From positions 742 through 64,741 of the forward strand of contig CABULC010000006.1 of assembly GCA_902492325.1 (NCBI GenBank): a stretch of DNA of 64,000 nt. Direction: 5' to 3'. A program made the translations under genes and the position numbers. This document shows positions 28,487 through 38,588 of this stretch, one piece after another. The number at the start of each line of letters is the position of its first letter. Positions within the stretch are counted from its first letter, which is position 1. The notes under the pieces are model-generated. The model did no database searches and was not told the DNA's origin. It saw only the letters and a program-made list of their open reading frames with translations. The DNA is from an uncultured Clostridium sp. (GTDB taxonomy: Bacteria; Bacillota_I; Bacilli_A; RF39; UBA660).

Positions 28487-28500
28487 CAAACACTTGTTTG
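28487..28500. promoter_or_regulatory. candidate LexA (Cheo-like) box upstream of recA
   Basis: Palindrome CAAAC-ACTT-GTTTG, 10 nt upstream of the -35. It differs from the GAAC-N4-GTTC core by A for G. Confidence 0.3.
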
Positions 28501-28622
28501 TTAATAATTTAATTATTCAAAAATAGGCACTTTCATAATTAAATTATACTAAAAATTAGTTATTTCAAAAAGAAATTTTATACTTAAAATAATAACATTT
28601 TTTACAAAATAAGTTTTTTAAA

Positions 28623-28654
28623 TAAAAAAATAAGAAGCATTTTTGCTTCTTATT
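28623..28654 (-). terminator. intrinsic terminator of pgsA
   Basis: Minus strand: AATAAGAAGC-loop-GCTTCTTATT followed by TTTTTTTATT. It overlaps the pgsA stop. Confidence 0.7.
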
Positions 28655-29246
28655 TAGTATCAAATAAATACTTTTTATTTTTTACATAATATTGAATTCC
28701 ACTAATTACTGATAATACTGTAGCTATCATTATTATTGCTTTAGCTGGATAAATATTTGCTAGTGAGAATGGTAAATCATAGAAGAATAACAATGTTATA
28801 CCAACTAACATACAAGCAGTTTTAATTTTACCAGCCATTGAAGCTCCAACAGCGCCTGATTTTTGACCAGCAACCATCTTAATAGAATCAACTACTATAT
28901 CTCTTGATACAATAACAACTGGTATAATTGGACTAATATATCCTTCAGTAGCAAGTAAAATAAGTACGCCATTAACTAAAATCTTATCAGCAATAGCATC
29001 CATTACTTTTCCTATATCAGTTACTAAATTATATTTTCTTGCTAGATATCCGTCAAGAAAATCTGTTAGAGATGCAATCAAGAATATAATTCCACAAATC
29101 AAATACTTACTATCAATTATTAATTTACCAGCAAGTTGAAACTCTGGAAAGTTAATTCCCACTTTATCAACTGGAAAAATCATAATAATCAATAATAATA
29201 TAGATAATGCTATTCTACAAATAGTAATTTTATTTGGAACATTCAT
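28650..29246 (-). CDS. pgsA: CDP-diacylglycerol--glycerol-3-phosphate 3-phosphatidyltransferase
   Basis: CDP-alcohol phosphatidyltransferase motif DFLDGYLARK...G...DAIADK. ATG 29246 has AAGGAG upstream. Confidence 0.9.
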   Translation of the reverse strand: MNVPNKITICRIALSILLLIIMIFPVDKVGINFPEFQLAGKLIIDSKYLICGIIFLIASLTDFLDGYLARKYNLVTDIGKVMDAIADKILVNGVLILLATEGYISPIIPVVIVSRDIVVDSIKMVAGQKSGAVGASMAGKIKTACMLVGITLLFFYDLPFSLANIYPAKAIIMIATVLSVISGIQYYVKNKKYLFDTK

Positions 29247-29248
29247 AT

Positions 29249-29740
29249 TCAAACTCTCCTTTCGATATTATAATAATCTATATTAATATTTTCTAATTGT
29301 TTATCTGTAATATATTTTACTATAAATAATACCAAGAATACTAAAATTATAACAGCTACGATATATAAGATTATATATTTCACATTACTATTCTTTCTTT
29401 GAATAGTATATGGTGAAACTACTTTATTTTCTTCTTTTTGTTTTTCTAGTATATTTATTTCTCTTGTTTGTTCTAATATATCGCTGACTGGAATTCTAGA
29501 AGTATAACCAAATATAAAGTCATTAAATTTATCAACTACTTCATCTTCATCTAGATTAAGATATTTAGCATATTTCTTAATAGTTTCTTTTAAGAAAAAC
29601 ACATCTTTAAACGCATTAGCATTTCCGTCTTCTAAGTTATCAAGTTGACTCTCAGTTATTCCAAGATCTTTCATAACTTCTTCTTTAGAAATACCAATAG
29701 TTTCTCTAGCTTCTTTGAAACTTTCTCCTATTTCTTTCAT
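29249..29740 (-). CDS. RodZ-like XRE-type HTH membrane protein
   Basis: N-terminal HTH (IGESFKEARETIGISKEEVMKDLGITESQL) and one TM near the C-terminus. It sits directly upstream of pgsA, as rodZ (ymfM) does in Bacillus. ATG 29740 has TAGGAG upstream. The ORF-track extension to 29809 runs into RNase P RNA. Confidence 0.6.
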   Translation of the reverse strand: MKEIGESFKEARETIGISKEEVMKDLGITESQLDNLEDGNANAFKDVFFLKETIKKYAKYLNLDEDEVVDKFNDFIFGYTSRIPVSDILEQTREINILEKQKEENKVVSPYTIQRKNSNVKYIILYIVAVIILVFLVLFIVKYITDKQLENINIDYYNIERRV

Positions 29741-29763
29741 AATTCTCCTATAAATAAAAAAAT

Positions 29764-30111
29764 AATAATTTTTAATAAGCCATGTTCTGTACCTATAAAT
29801 AGGTGGCAAACATTTATCTAAAGATTTCTCTTTCCCTTACTCCTTTGTTATTCATTCGTAAGAGCTCCCCTACCAATTTTGGGTTTCTCACTCGTGGGGT
29901 TTACCTCGTTCCACAATAGTTATCCCTAACTATCTCGTCTCTATGGCACTTTATGACTAATATAGTCAGTTCTTGACTACCTCATCGCCGTTAATACTTA
30001 CGTACTACCTAAGGTTATTTTTTCCCTTAGCACGAACACTTTCATTCATTTCAGAATGAGTGAGCATGGACTTTCCTCTACATTAAATGCAGCGTTTGCC
30101 TAAAAAATTAT
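29764..30111 (-). ncRNA. rnpB: RNase P RNA, type B (Bacillus-type)
   Basis: Minus strand contains GTAGAGGAAAGTCCATGCTC (P4 5' strand), GTGTTCGTGC, AAAGTGCCATAGAGACGAG, GGAACGAGGTAAACCCCACGAGTGAGAAACCCAAAATTGGTAGGGGAGC, TTTGCCACC and ACAGAACATGGCTTA (P4 3' strand). P1 is AATAATTTTT/AAAAATTATT. Ends are approximate. Confidence 0.9.
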
Positions 30112-30425
30112 TCTTCTCCATATACAACTTTTTCAAGGTCACTAATTCTTTTTAATAAATCAACATTAGTTACACCTTTATTAGAGTTAGCTATTTCAAG
30201 TGCAGATTTTAAGTTTCTAAGTTCAGCCTTTAATTTAGCATTATCTGATTCTAAAGACTTAATTTCAGTAACTAATCTTTTAGTTGTTGTTTCAAAATCA
30301 ACATAATCTTTAATGATTAAATCAAGAAATTGATCAACCTCTTGAGGTCTATATCCTCTAGCATCTATTTTAAAATCCTTATCTAGTATCTCTTTAGCTG
30401 TTAGAAATCTCTTATCATCATACAT
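30108..30425 (-). CDS. gpsB: cell-cycle protein GpsB (DivIVA-domain)
   Basis: LTAKEILDKDFKIDARGYRPQEVDQFLDLIIKDY is the GpsB/DivIVA N-terminal domain; a C-terminal coiled coil follows. rnpB lies immediately downstream, as in Bacillus. ATG 30425 has GAGAGG upstream. Confidence 0.8.
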   Translation of the reverse strand: MYDDKRFLTAKEILDKDFKIDARGYRPQEVDQFLDLIIKDYVDFETTTKRLVTEIKSLESDNAKLKAELRNLKSALEIANSNKGVTNVDLLKRISDLEKVVYGEE

Positions 30426-30450
30426 ACTTTTTAGCCTCTCTTCCACAATA

Positions 30451-30479
30451 ATTTTACCTCAAAAAATATATATTTGCAA
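30451..30479 (-). promoter_or_regulatory. candidate sigma-A promoter of gpsB(-rnpB)
   Basis: Minus strand: TTGCAA-17 nt-TAAAAT. This argues against the ORF-track GTG start at 30446. Confidence 0.5.
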
Positions 30480-30480
30480 G

Positions 30481-30508
30481 ATAAAAGAGCAAACCCTAAA
30501 GTTTACTC
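30481..30508 (-). terminator. intrinsic terminator after ORF 30626..31387
   Basis: Minus strand: GAGTAAAC-TTTAGG-GTTTGCTC (one G-U pair) followed by TTTTATCTT. Confidence 0.55.
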
Positions 30509-30625
30509 TCAAAATCTAAAATACAACTATTAATCAGTAAATCCATCTCTTTAAAATGCTCATTTATATTTTTCATGAGTATATATTACTATTTTTAAAT
30601 AAATATTTCATCAAATTCGACAAAA

Positions 30626-31387
30626 TTAGTTTTTCTTTTCAATTAGATTATCAAAATACTCAAATTGATCTGAAAAATCATTTTTACCTATTTTTTCAAT
30701 TCTAATTATATAATCTATTTTACTTTCACTATTATTAATTATTTTATTAAGGAAAGTGTAATCATAAGTTATCTTTGTTATATAATTTTCAGTATAAGTA
30801 AAATTTATTAAGAAATCATCAGATACTTCTGTTTCATAAGTAGTTTTATATTTATAATTATATTCTTTTAGATAGTCAGAATACTTAATTTTACAAGTAT
30901 TGTTGTCAGTAAATTCACAATAACTAATTAATGATTTAATTAATTCTAAATCATATATATTCCCTGTTATTGGATTTTTAACACTCTTAACTATCATAAA
31001 ATTATTATTGCTCCCTGGTACAAAATACTTATCTTTATAAGTTATATATCCACCTTTATCTATAGATTCACTAATATAAGAAGTAAGTTTACCATCAGTA
31101 TCTATATCTAATTTAATTTTTTCTTGATCTATATTTTTTGTTATTTTTAAACTATAATTATCTTTAATATTATCAAGTTTTTTTATAATATCTTCTTTTG
31201 TAATAGTTATAGTATTTTCATTATTTGGTTTTGGATTAGTGTTATCATTTCTCTTTTCATTAGTATTAAAAAACAAAAATGACATACCAAGTAGCACTAC
31301 AACTAAATATATTAATGTTTTTTGTTTTAGCTCTCTAGATTTTTCTTCATCTGACTTTTCTTCTTTATTAAATATTTTTTTTAACAT
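30626..31387 (-). CDS. membrane-anchored hypothetical protein
   Basis: Charged N-terminus, one TM and an Asn/Lys-rich extracellular part. It overlaps the fmt stop by 7 nt. Confidence 0.4.
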   Translation of the reverse strand: MLKKIFNKEEKSDEEKSRELKQKTLIYLVVVLLGMSFLFFNTNEKRNDNTNPKPNNENTITITKEDIIKKLDNIKDNYSLKITKNIDQEKIKLDIDTDGKLTSYISESIDKGGYITYKDKYFVPGSNNNFMIVKSVKNPITGNIYDLELIKSLISYCEFTDNNTCKIKYSDYLKEYNYKYKTTYETEVSDDFLINFTYTENYITKITYDYTFLNKIINNSESKIDYIIRIEKIGKNDFSDQFEYFDNLIEKKN

Positions 31388-32316
31388 AATACTTCTCCAA
31401 CTAAACTATCTTTATTTTTTCCATTTAAATAATCTTTAGCTGTCATTTCTTTTTTACCACTAGGTTTTAACTTAGTAATTGTTATTGCTTTGTCTTTACA
31501 CATAACAGTTAATCCTTCTTTAGTAGCATCTATTATTTCTCCAGGTTTTCCTTTTTCTTTATCACTTAATTTTGATTCACAAATCTTTATTATTTCTCCA
31601 TTAAGTGTTGTATATGCTACTGGAAAAGGATACATACCTCTTATTTGATTAAATACTTCACGAGCAGTTTTATTAAAATCTAATTTTTCTTCTTCACGTT
31701 TTATATTATAGGCAAATGTCACTTCATCAGGATTTTGTTTTGTTCTTGTAATATTACCACTAAATATATTAGGAAGTGTTTCTAAAAGTAAATCACGTCC
31801 CATAACACTAAGTTCATCATGAATTATTCCAACATTATCAGTGTCTTTTATTTCAATACTTCTTTGAGTAATAATATCTCCATCATCCATACCAGGAGCC
31901 ATATACATAATTGTTACTCCTGTTTCTTTATATCCGTCAATTATGCATTTATGAAGTGGACTTCCACCTCTTAATTTAGGAAGTAAAGATGCATGAACAT
32001 TAATTGCTTTATATTTAGGTGTATCAAGTAATATACTTGGTATTATTTGCCCATAAGCACAAGTTATTATTACATCAGGATTCTTCTCTAGTATATATTC
32101 ATATTCATTTCTTATTTTATTTGGTTGATATACTTCTATATTATGTTTTAAAGCACATTCTTTAACTGGAGATGCCTTTAATTCATGATGTCTTCCAACT
32201 TCTTTATCTGGTTGAGTTACTACTAAAATTACATTAGTATTTTCTATTAACATTTCAAGTACTGGTACACTAAATTCAGGTGTTCCCATAAATACAACTT
32301 TTTTATCTTTCATCAT
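31381..32316 (-). CDS. fmt: methionyl-tRNA formyltransferase
   Basis: VVFMGTPEFSVPVL N-terminus, HASLLPKLRGGSPL (SLLP motif) and a C-terminal OB-like domain. Confidence 0.92.
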   Translation of the reverse strand: MMKDKKVVFMGTPEFSVPVLEMLIENTNVILVVTQPDKEVGRHHELKASPVKECALKHNIEVYQPNKIRNEYEYILEKNPDVIITCAYGQIIPSILLDTPKYKAINVHASLLPKLRGGSPLHKCIIDGYKETGVTIMYMAPGMDDGDIITQRSIEIKDTDNVGIIHDELSVMGRDLLLETLPNIFSGNITRTKQNPDEVTFAYNIKREEEKLDFNKTAREVFNQIRGMYPFPVAYTTLNGEIIKICESKLSDKEKGKPGEIIDATKEGLTVMCKDKAITITKLKPSGKKEMTAKDYLNGKNKDSLVGEVLC

Positions 32317-32335
32317 ATCACCTACACAAATTATA

Positions 32336-34489
32336 TTAAATATTTGTACTTATATCAATAGACACATTTTTAATATTTATATTATTTACATCCCTCATTA
32401 CAGGTAATAAATTATCTATTTTTTTATATTTTATCATTATATTAAATCTATATTTATTATTAAGTCTTACTATACTCGATACAGACGGACCAAGTACTAT
32501 AAATTCTTTTTCATCAAGCTTACTATCTAAATATTTTTTAATTTTTGAAGCACCTTCTCCTGCTTCATTAAATGTAGTACTTGTTATTAAAATATTACAA
32601 ATATAATAATATGGTGGATACATTAATTTCTTACGAATATTCATTTCATAATTAAAGAATGCATCAAAATCATTTTTAACTACACTTCTATATACATAGT
32701 TAGTTGGATTATACGTCTGGATTATAACTTTTCCAGGCAAATTGAATCTTCCAACTCTTCCAGCTGTTTGACTTAATAATTCATAAGTTCTCTCTGCACT
32801 TCTAAAGTCTGGTATAGAAAGAGAAGCATCACTATTTATTGTACCAACTAAACTAACATTCTCAAAGTTTAATCCTTTTGATATCATTTGAGTACCAACA
32901 AGTATACTATATTTACCACTTGAAAATTCATTTATTAATTTTTGATGAGCATTTTTAGTACTAGTAGTATCAGCATCCATTCTAAGAACTTCAACACCAT
33001 ACTTTTTAGCAATCATCCCTTCTAATTTTTCAGTACCAAGTCCTAAATCTTTAATAGCTTCTTCATGACAACTAGGACAAATATCACTCTTCTGACATCT
33101 GTATCCACAATAGTGACAACTATAGCTATTACTACTCTTATGATAAATTAATGATATATCACAATTAGGGCATTTATAAACAAAACCACAATTAGTACAA
33201 CTTAAAAATGTTGAGTACCCTCTTCTATTTAATAAAAGTATAACTTGTTCTTTTCTACTTAGTGCTTCTTTTATTTCTTTATCAAGTTTATCGCTAATAA
33301 TATAGTTATGTTTTTTAGCTTCTTTATCCATATCTACTATTTCAAAAGATGGAAGTCTGCCACTTATTCTAGACGGAAGATTTATTAAATGAAATACTCC
33401 TTTTTTACCTCTAGCATATTGTTCTAAAGATGGAGTTGCACTTCCCATTATTACTTTAGCATTATTGTATTCAGCTCTTTTAAATGCAATATCTATCGCA
33501 TTATACTTAGGAGTATTTTCTTGTTTATATGTTTGACTTTGACATTCATCTATTATGATTAGTCCTATATTTTTTAAAGGAGCAAACACTGCACTTCTAG
33601 CACCTACTACTAAAGATACTTCACCATTCATAATTCTTCTATATTCATCATACTTTTCCCCTTCACTTAAAGAACTATGAAACACAGCAACATTATCACC
33701 AAATACACCCTTAAAACGAGCCACTATTTGGGGAGTTAAAGATATTTCAGGTACTAATACTATACCAGTCTTATTTAACCTTAAAATACGTCTTAAAAGT
33801 TCTATATATACTTCTGTTTTACCACTACCAGTTACACCATATAATAAAAACTTAGAAGCACTAGAATTCAATATTTCATTTACTGCATTTAACTGACCAT
33901 CCGTTAAATTAATCTCTTTCTTCAAAGAATCAGTTACTACTTCACGATTAACTTCATATTTATTTTCAATTACTATTCCTTTTTCAATTAATTTCTTTAT
34001 AGAACTACTAAACTCTTTTTTCTCTTTTTCTCCATCTCTTAAACTATTAATAATATTAATTTCACCAGTATTTCTTTTATGTTCAAGAATATATTTATCT
34101 ACATCAATTTCTTTATTTAATGATACTTTAGTAATATATTTTCTATTAATATTAGTTTTTAATGATGCTTTTAAAGCTTTAGGTAACATTACTTGATAGC
34201 AAGATATTAAATTACATAACAAAAAATCACTCATATATTTACCTAACTTGAGTAATTCTTCATTTAAATAAAAATCACTTTCTTGTATTCTAATAATACT
34301 TCTATATTCTAAAGAATCATCTTTTTTATCATGTAATTTAAGTACAAAACCTTCTACTTCTACTTTTCCAAAAGGTACTATTACTTTATGTCCTACTTTT
34401 ATAATATCTTTTAATTCTACAGGTACTATATAATCAAATACTTTATTTAATGATTTTACTGAATATTCTATTATTACACTCGCAAGCAT
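32336..34489 (-). CDS. priA: primosomal protein N' (replication restart helicase PriA)
   Basis: GVTGSGKTEVY Walker A, DECQ (DExx) box and the Cys-rich zinc region CTNCGFVYKCPNC...CHYCG...CPSC. Confidence 0.92.
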   Translation of the reverse strand: MLASVIIEYSVKSLNKVFDYIVPVELKDIIKVGHKVIVPFGKVEVEGFVLKLHDKKDDSLEYRSIIRIQESDFYLNEELLKLGKYMSDFLLCNLISCYQVMLPKALKASLKTNINRKYITKVSLNKEIDVDKYILEHKRNTGEINIINSLRDGEKEKKEFSSSIKKLIEKGIVIENKYEVNREVVTDSLKKEINLTDGQLNAVNEILNSSASKFLLYGVTGSGKTEVYIELLRRILRLNKTGIVLVPEISLTPQIVARFKGVFGDNVAVFHSSLSEGEKYDEYRRIMNGEVSLVVGARSAVFAPLKNIGLIIIDECQSQTYKQENTPKYNAIDIAFKRAEYNNAKVIMGSATPSLEQYARGKKGVFHLINLPSRISGRLPSFEIVDMDKEAKKHNYIISDKLDKEIKEALSRKEQVILLLNRRGYSTFLSCTNCGFVYKCPNCDISLIYHKSSNSYSCHYCGYRCQKSDICPSCHEEAIKDLGLGTEKLEGMIAKKYGVEVLRMDADTTSTKNAHQKLINEFSSGKYSILVGTQMISKGLNFENVSLVGTINSDASLSIPDFRSAERTYELLSQTAGRVGRFNLPGKVIIQTYNPTNYVYRSVVKNDFDAFFNYEMNIRKKLMYPPYYYICNILITSTTFNEAGEGASKIKKYLDSKLDEKEFIVLGPSVSSIVRLNNKYRFNIMIKYKKIDNLLPVMRDVNNINIKNVSIDISTNI

Positions 34490-35019
34490 TAAATTCCTCT
34501 TAAGAATGGATTATATTTAAGTTCATGTTCAACAGTAGTTTCTTCATCATGACCAGGATACACTTTAACATTAGTTGACATATATTTAAATACTTTAAGA
34601 CTATTTATCATAGCTTGTTCATTATCTTCTTCAAAGTTTCCAATAGTTTCTTTAAATACAAAGTCTCCAGTAAATAGTATATCATTTTTATCAAAATAGA
34701 ATGACACACTATCCATAGTGTGACCATAAGTTTCTATTACTTTGAATTCAAATGTATCTATTTTAACATCTCCCTTAGTTTTATAATCAACTATTCTAGC
34801 AGTAGGATATATCTCTTTAAATGTTTCTAAACATCCTACATGATCAAAATGATAATGTGTTATTAGTATTCCTTTAACATGCAAACCTCTACTATTTATT
34901 TCAGTTAATATTTTCTTTTGATCATCTCCTGGATCTACAACTAAACAATCTATTCCATTATGTACAATATAACAGTTTTCTTTTAAAATTCCAGTTACTA
35001 CTCTTATTACTTCTAACAT
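34489..35019 (-). CDS. MBL-fold metallo-hydrolase
   Basis: ITHYHFDHVG (HxHxDH) and a downstream His/Asp pattern. Confidence 0.75.
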   Translation of the reverse strand: MLEVIRVVTGILKENCYIVHNGIDCLVVDPGDDQKKILTEINSRGLHVKGILITHYHFDHVGCLETFKEIYPTARIVDYKTKGDVKIDTFEFKVIETYGHTMDSVSFYFDKNDILFTGDFVFKETIGNFEEDNEQAMINSLKVFKYMSTNVKVYPGHDEETTVEHELKYNPFLRGI

Positions 35020-35528
35020 TCATCCACCTCATCCTTGAACATATTAATAAGTTCATCTAAATGATTTAATACTTTATATCCATGAGATTCAAGTTCTTTA
35101 GAGAATCTAACAGCTATACCACCATTTTCTTCCCATTCTTTTAAATTACCTGAATAATCATCTACAAGTATAGCTCCTTCACTATGTACTACTTTAGTTT
35201 TAGATATTTCTTTAGGAACCATTATAATAGTTATATCTTTAAAATGTTGTCTTAAATATTCTACTTTTACACAACCCTCTGTTAAAGAATTAACATGAGT
35301 TAAAAATGATATTTCAAACATCTTACTATCAATTAATTTCTTAATACAATTAATTGAATCATTTAGAATATTATCATCATTTATAATTTTAGAAAAATCA
35401 TAACTAGCAAAAAATACTCTAATCTCACTTTCATTAGTTACATCTGCTCCACTCTTTTGTAAAGCATCATATAGTGGTGGAATAGTATCCATCACCACAC
35501 CATCAAAATCAATATATAATCTCTTCAT
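35013..35528 (-). CDS. HAD-superfamily hydrolase (5'(3')-nucleotidase-like)
   Basis: YIDFDGVVMDT (DxDG motif I) and a late VDD motif. ATG 35528 has GAGGT upstream. Confidence 0.5.
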   Translation of the reverse strand: MKRLYIDFDGVVMDTIPPLYDALQKSGADVTNESEIRVFFASYDFSKIINDDNILNDSINCIKKLIDSKMFEISFLTHVNSLTEGCVKVEYLRQHFKDITIIMVPKEISKTKVVHSEGAILVDDYSGNLKEWEENGGIAVRFSKELESHGYKVLNHLDELINMFKDEVDEC

Positions 35529-35621
35529 AATATTACCTCTACTAACAATATAATATTTCACTAAAAAAATGTCAATAAATTAATAACGAATTTTTGTTTG
35601 TATACATCCATTAAAAAAGAT

Positions 35622-36215
35622 TTATTCATTAGCTAATAAATCTTTTACTTCATTATTTTTATTTAAACCAATAAGTTTTAAATCACAAGTATCATTATAT
35701 AAAGATACTTTAGTATATTCTTCATCAAGTGGAAGCATTAAGAATGGTTCTCCACTAAAAAGGCCATCTTCTTCTTCAGTTTTATATACTTTCCCATCTT
35801 CTGTAACAGCTACATATATAAGATCACATTTATCACTAGTTGAATCAATACTTACTACTTTAGATTCGATATTATCATATTTCTTAATTACTTTACCAGT
35901 TAAGTCTTCAAATACTAAAACTCCATCATCATCTATTATTAAAGTTCCAGCTTCATTTTCATTAGTTTCATAATTAAACATATTATTAACTTTTATACTT
36001 CTTTTAATGCTGAATTTATAAGTAGTATTTTCTATATCAATGCATTCATATCCTTCTGTGCATTTTTTTACTTCTGGTGTTTCTGATTCTAGTTTTACCT
36101 CTTCCCCAGTCTTTGCTTTATCAGCAACATTTTTATATTGTTCATTATAATAATAAACGCTACCAACAACTAATACACACAAGAATAAAATAATTAATAC
36201 TTTTTTAATTTTCAT
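35622..36215 (-). CDS. membrane-anchored/secreted hypothetical protein
   Basis: N-terminal signal-anchor MKIKKVLIILFLCVLVVG and a good SD. No motif recognised. Confidence 0.4.
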   Translation of the reverse strand: MKIKKVLIILFLCVLVVGSVYYYNEQYKNVADKAKTGEEVKLESETPEVKKCTEGYECIDIENTTYKFSIKRSIKVNNMFNYETNENEAGTLIIDDDGVLVFEDLTGKVIKKYDNIESKVVSIDSTSDKCDLIYVAVTEDGKVYKTEEEDGLFSGEPFLMLPLDEEYTKVSLYNDTCDLKLIGLNKNNEVKDLLANE

Positions 36216-36250
36216 ACATCCACCTACCTAATAATAAAATTATAACACAA

Positions 36251-37663
36251 TTAGTCTTTAATATATACTCCATCCATTGAAAAACTTTTAGTATCTGTAA
36301 TTTTAACATTAACTATATTTCCAATTAATTCTTTTGGTCCATCTATATTAACAAGTTTCATATTTTCAGTATATCCACATACTTTTGTTTTATCTTTATC
36401 ACTAAGTCCAGTTACTAAGCATTTAACAACTGTACCATTCATTCTAGCATTAGCTTCATTACTATATTTATTTATTACTTCGTTTAATCTATGAAGTCTG
36501 TCCATCTTAACTTCTTCAGGAATAGCATCTTTCATTAAAGCAGCTGGTGTATTTTCACGAGGACTATATGCGAATGTAAAAGCTCCGTCAAATTTACATT
36601 CATTTACAAGTTTTAACGTATCTTGAAAGTCTTCCTCTGTCTCACCTGGAAAACCTACTATTATATCAGTAGTAACACTAGAATTTTTAACTTTACTACG
36701 TATACTATTATAAAGTTTTAAATATTCTTCGCTTGTATATTTTCTATTCATTAATTTTAGTATTTTATCGCTACCAGATTGAAGTGGTAAATGTATATAA
36801 GGCATTATGTTATCACGACTAGCTATTATATCAACCATCTCATCAGTAAAATCCCATGGATGACTTGTAACAAATCTAATTCTTTCTATTCCAGTATCAC
36901 TTACATCACTAAGTAAATTAGCAAGATTATAGTCTTCATATAAATCTTTTCCATAAGCATTAACATTTTGTCCTAAAAGAGTTACTTCTTTATAACCATT
37001 TTTAACAAGTTCTTTTACTTCGTCAACAATAGCTTCATGTTTTCTACTTCTTTGAGTACCACGAGTATAAGGAACTATACAATAAGTACAAAATTTATCA
37101 CAACCATATATTATGTCAACCCAAGCACTATATTTACTTTCTCTTAACACTGGTACATTTTCAACAACATCACCTTCGTAACTAAGTACTTCTATTTGTT
37201 GTTTCTTAGTATCAATTTTATTCTTAACAATAGATATTAAATTATCTAAATTATGTGTTCCGCAAACAAAGTCTACATATTTATATTTATTTAATATATC
37301 TTTTACTACTACTTCTTCTTGAGCCATGCATCCACATATACCAATTAATAAGTCAGGTTTACTTTGTTTTAAATGTTTTAAAACACCTAAAAAACCAAAT
37401 ACTTTATCATGAGCATTCTCACGTATCGCACAAGTATTTAATATAACAACATCAGCATCTTCTATAGAATCTACTAATGTAAAACCAACACTCTTCATCA
37501 TACCTCGTATTTTTTCAGAATCATGCTCATTCATCTGACAACCATAGGTTCTAACAAAGAATGTTTTTCCTTCTCCAAATTTATCAAAATTCTTATCATA
37601 ATCTACATATTTTATTTCATTTTGATTTCTCTTTTTAGCATCTAACATATTAGGTGTTTTCAT
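36251..37663 (-). CDS. miaB: tRNA (i6A37) methylthiotransferase MiaB
   Basis: N-terminal UPF0004 Cys triad (CQMNEHDS...NTCAIRE...GCMA), radical-SAM CDKFCTYC and a C-terminal TRAM domain. Confidence 0.9.
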   Translation of the reverse strand: MKTPNMLDAKKRNQNEIKYVDYDKNFDKFGEGKTFFVRTYGCQMNEHDSEKIRGMMKSVGFTLVDSIEDADVVILNTCAIRENAHDKVFGFLGVLKHLKQSKPDLLIGICGCMAQEEVVVKDILNKYKYVDFVCGTHNLDNLISIVKNKIDTKKQQIEVLSYEGDVVENVPVLRESKYSAWVDIIYGCDKFCTYCIVPYTRGTQRSRKHEAIVDEVKELVKNGYKEVTLLGQNVNAYGKDLYEDYNLANLLSDVSDTGIERIRFVTSHPWDFTDEMVDIIASRDNIMPYIHLPLQSGSDKILKLMNRKYTSEEYLKLYNSIRSKVKNSSVTTDIIVGFPGETEEDFQDTLKLVNECKFDGAFTFAYSPRENTPAALMKDAIPEEVKMDRLHRLNEVINKYSNEANARMNGTVVKCLVTGLSDKDKTKVCGYTENMKLVNIDGPKELIGNIVNVKITDTKSFSMDGVYIKD

Positions 37664-37717
37664 ACACATCAACTCCAGCGTATATTATATCAAACATTAC
37701 ATAAAAAAGAAACAATA

Positions 37718-38539
37718 TCATTTATATTGTTTCAAAACATTTTTAACTAATATATCGGTATCACTACTATCAAGTTCACCTAAATTTTCTGATACTACTT
37801 TTCCATCATAAGTAATAAATGTATATGGTACATAACCCTTATAACCAGGTATTTCAATACTGTTAATATAAGTATTGAACTTTTCACCATCTAGTTTATC
37901 AACTTCTATAAAATACAGTTTTACATTATTATCAGTTGCTACTTTTTCTATAATAGGATTAAAATTATGACAATGAGGACAAGTACTACTGGCTATAACA
38001 TTAATAATAACATTTTTGCTTTTAACTTCATTTAACCATTTCTCAGTATCAAAGTTATCACTTTTAACAATTGATGCTTCAATCTTCTCTTCATTCTTAG
38101 GTTCATCTATTATTTCTTCTTTTGATGGTTCATCTTCTATAGAATCATCTAGCTTTTTACTTTTACCATCAGCGCAATAACAAGTATTTCCTATTACTCT
38201 ATAAGATTCGTTAGCACAATAATATGAACATTCAGTATTTTCAGGTGTCATTTCTCCACCATTTTTAAAACCATCTAATATAGATAAAGCAAAAAAAGCA
38301 ATAGAAACCATAAAAGGTAAAAAATAAATAATAACTATTATCCTAAAAGCTTTCTTCATTCTATAATCTTCTTTTCGATTAAAACAATAATAGATTATAC
38401 CAATAGGAAAGAAAAAAAGTAATAAAAGAAGCATTATTTTATATTTTGTTTCATTAACTTTTATATCAATTTTTCTTCCACAATAAGGACAAAACTCCAT
38501 ATTAGAATCTACTTCAGCTTTACAATTACTACACTTCAT
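37718..38539 (-). CDS. zinc-ribbon / TM / thioredoxin-fold protein
   Basis: CSNC..CPYC ribbon, two TM segments and a C-terminal thioredoxin-like domain with active-site CPHC. Confidence 0.55.
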   Translation of the reverse strand: MKCSNCKAEVDSNMEFCPYCGRKIDIKVNETKYKIMLLLLLFFFPIGIIYYCFNRKEDYRMKKAFRIIVIIYFLPFMVSIAFFALSILDGFKNGGEMTPENTECSYYCANESYRVIGNTCYCADGKSKKLDDSIEDEPSKEEIIDEPKNEEKIEASIVKSDNFDTEKWLNEVKSKNVIINVIASSTCPHCHNFNPIIEKVATDNNVKLYFIEVDKLDGEKFNTYINSIEIPGYKGYVPYTFITYDGKVVSENLGELDSSDTDILVKNVLKQYK

Positions 38540-38588
38540 ATTATCACCTATCATAAAAATTATAGCATAATAAAAAAAGATTTAAAAA

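Noticed and set aside
29741-29809. N-terminal extension of the rodZ-like ORF (MPPIYRYRTWLIKNYYFFIYRRI).
   Set aside because: These codons are the 3' part of RNase P RNA (ACAGAACATGGCTTA and the P1 3' strand). The ATG at 29740 has a proper TAGGAG SD.
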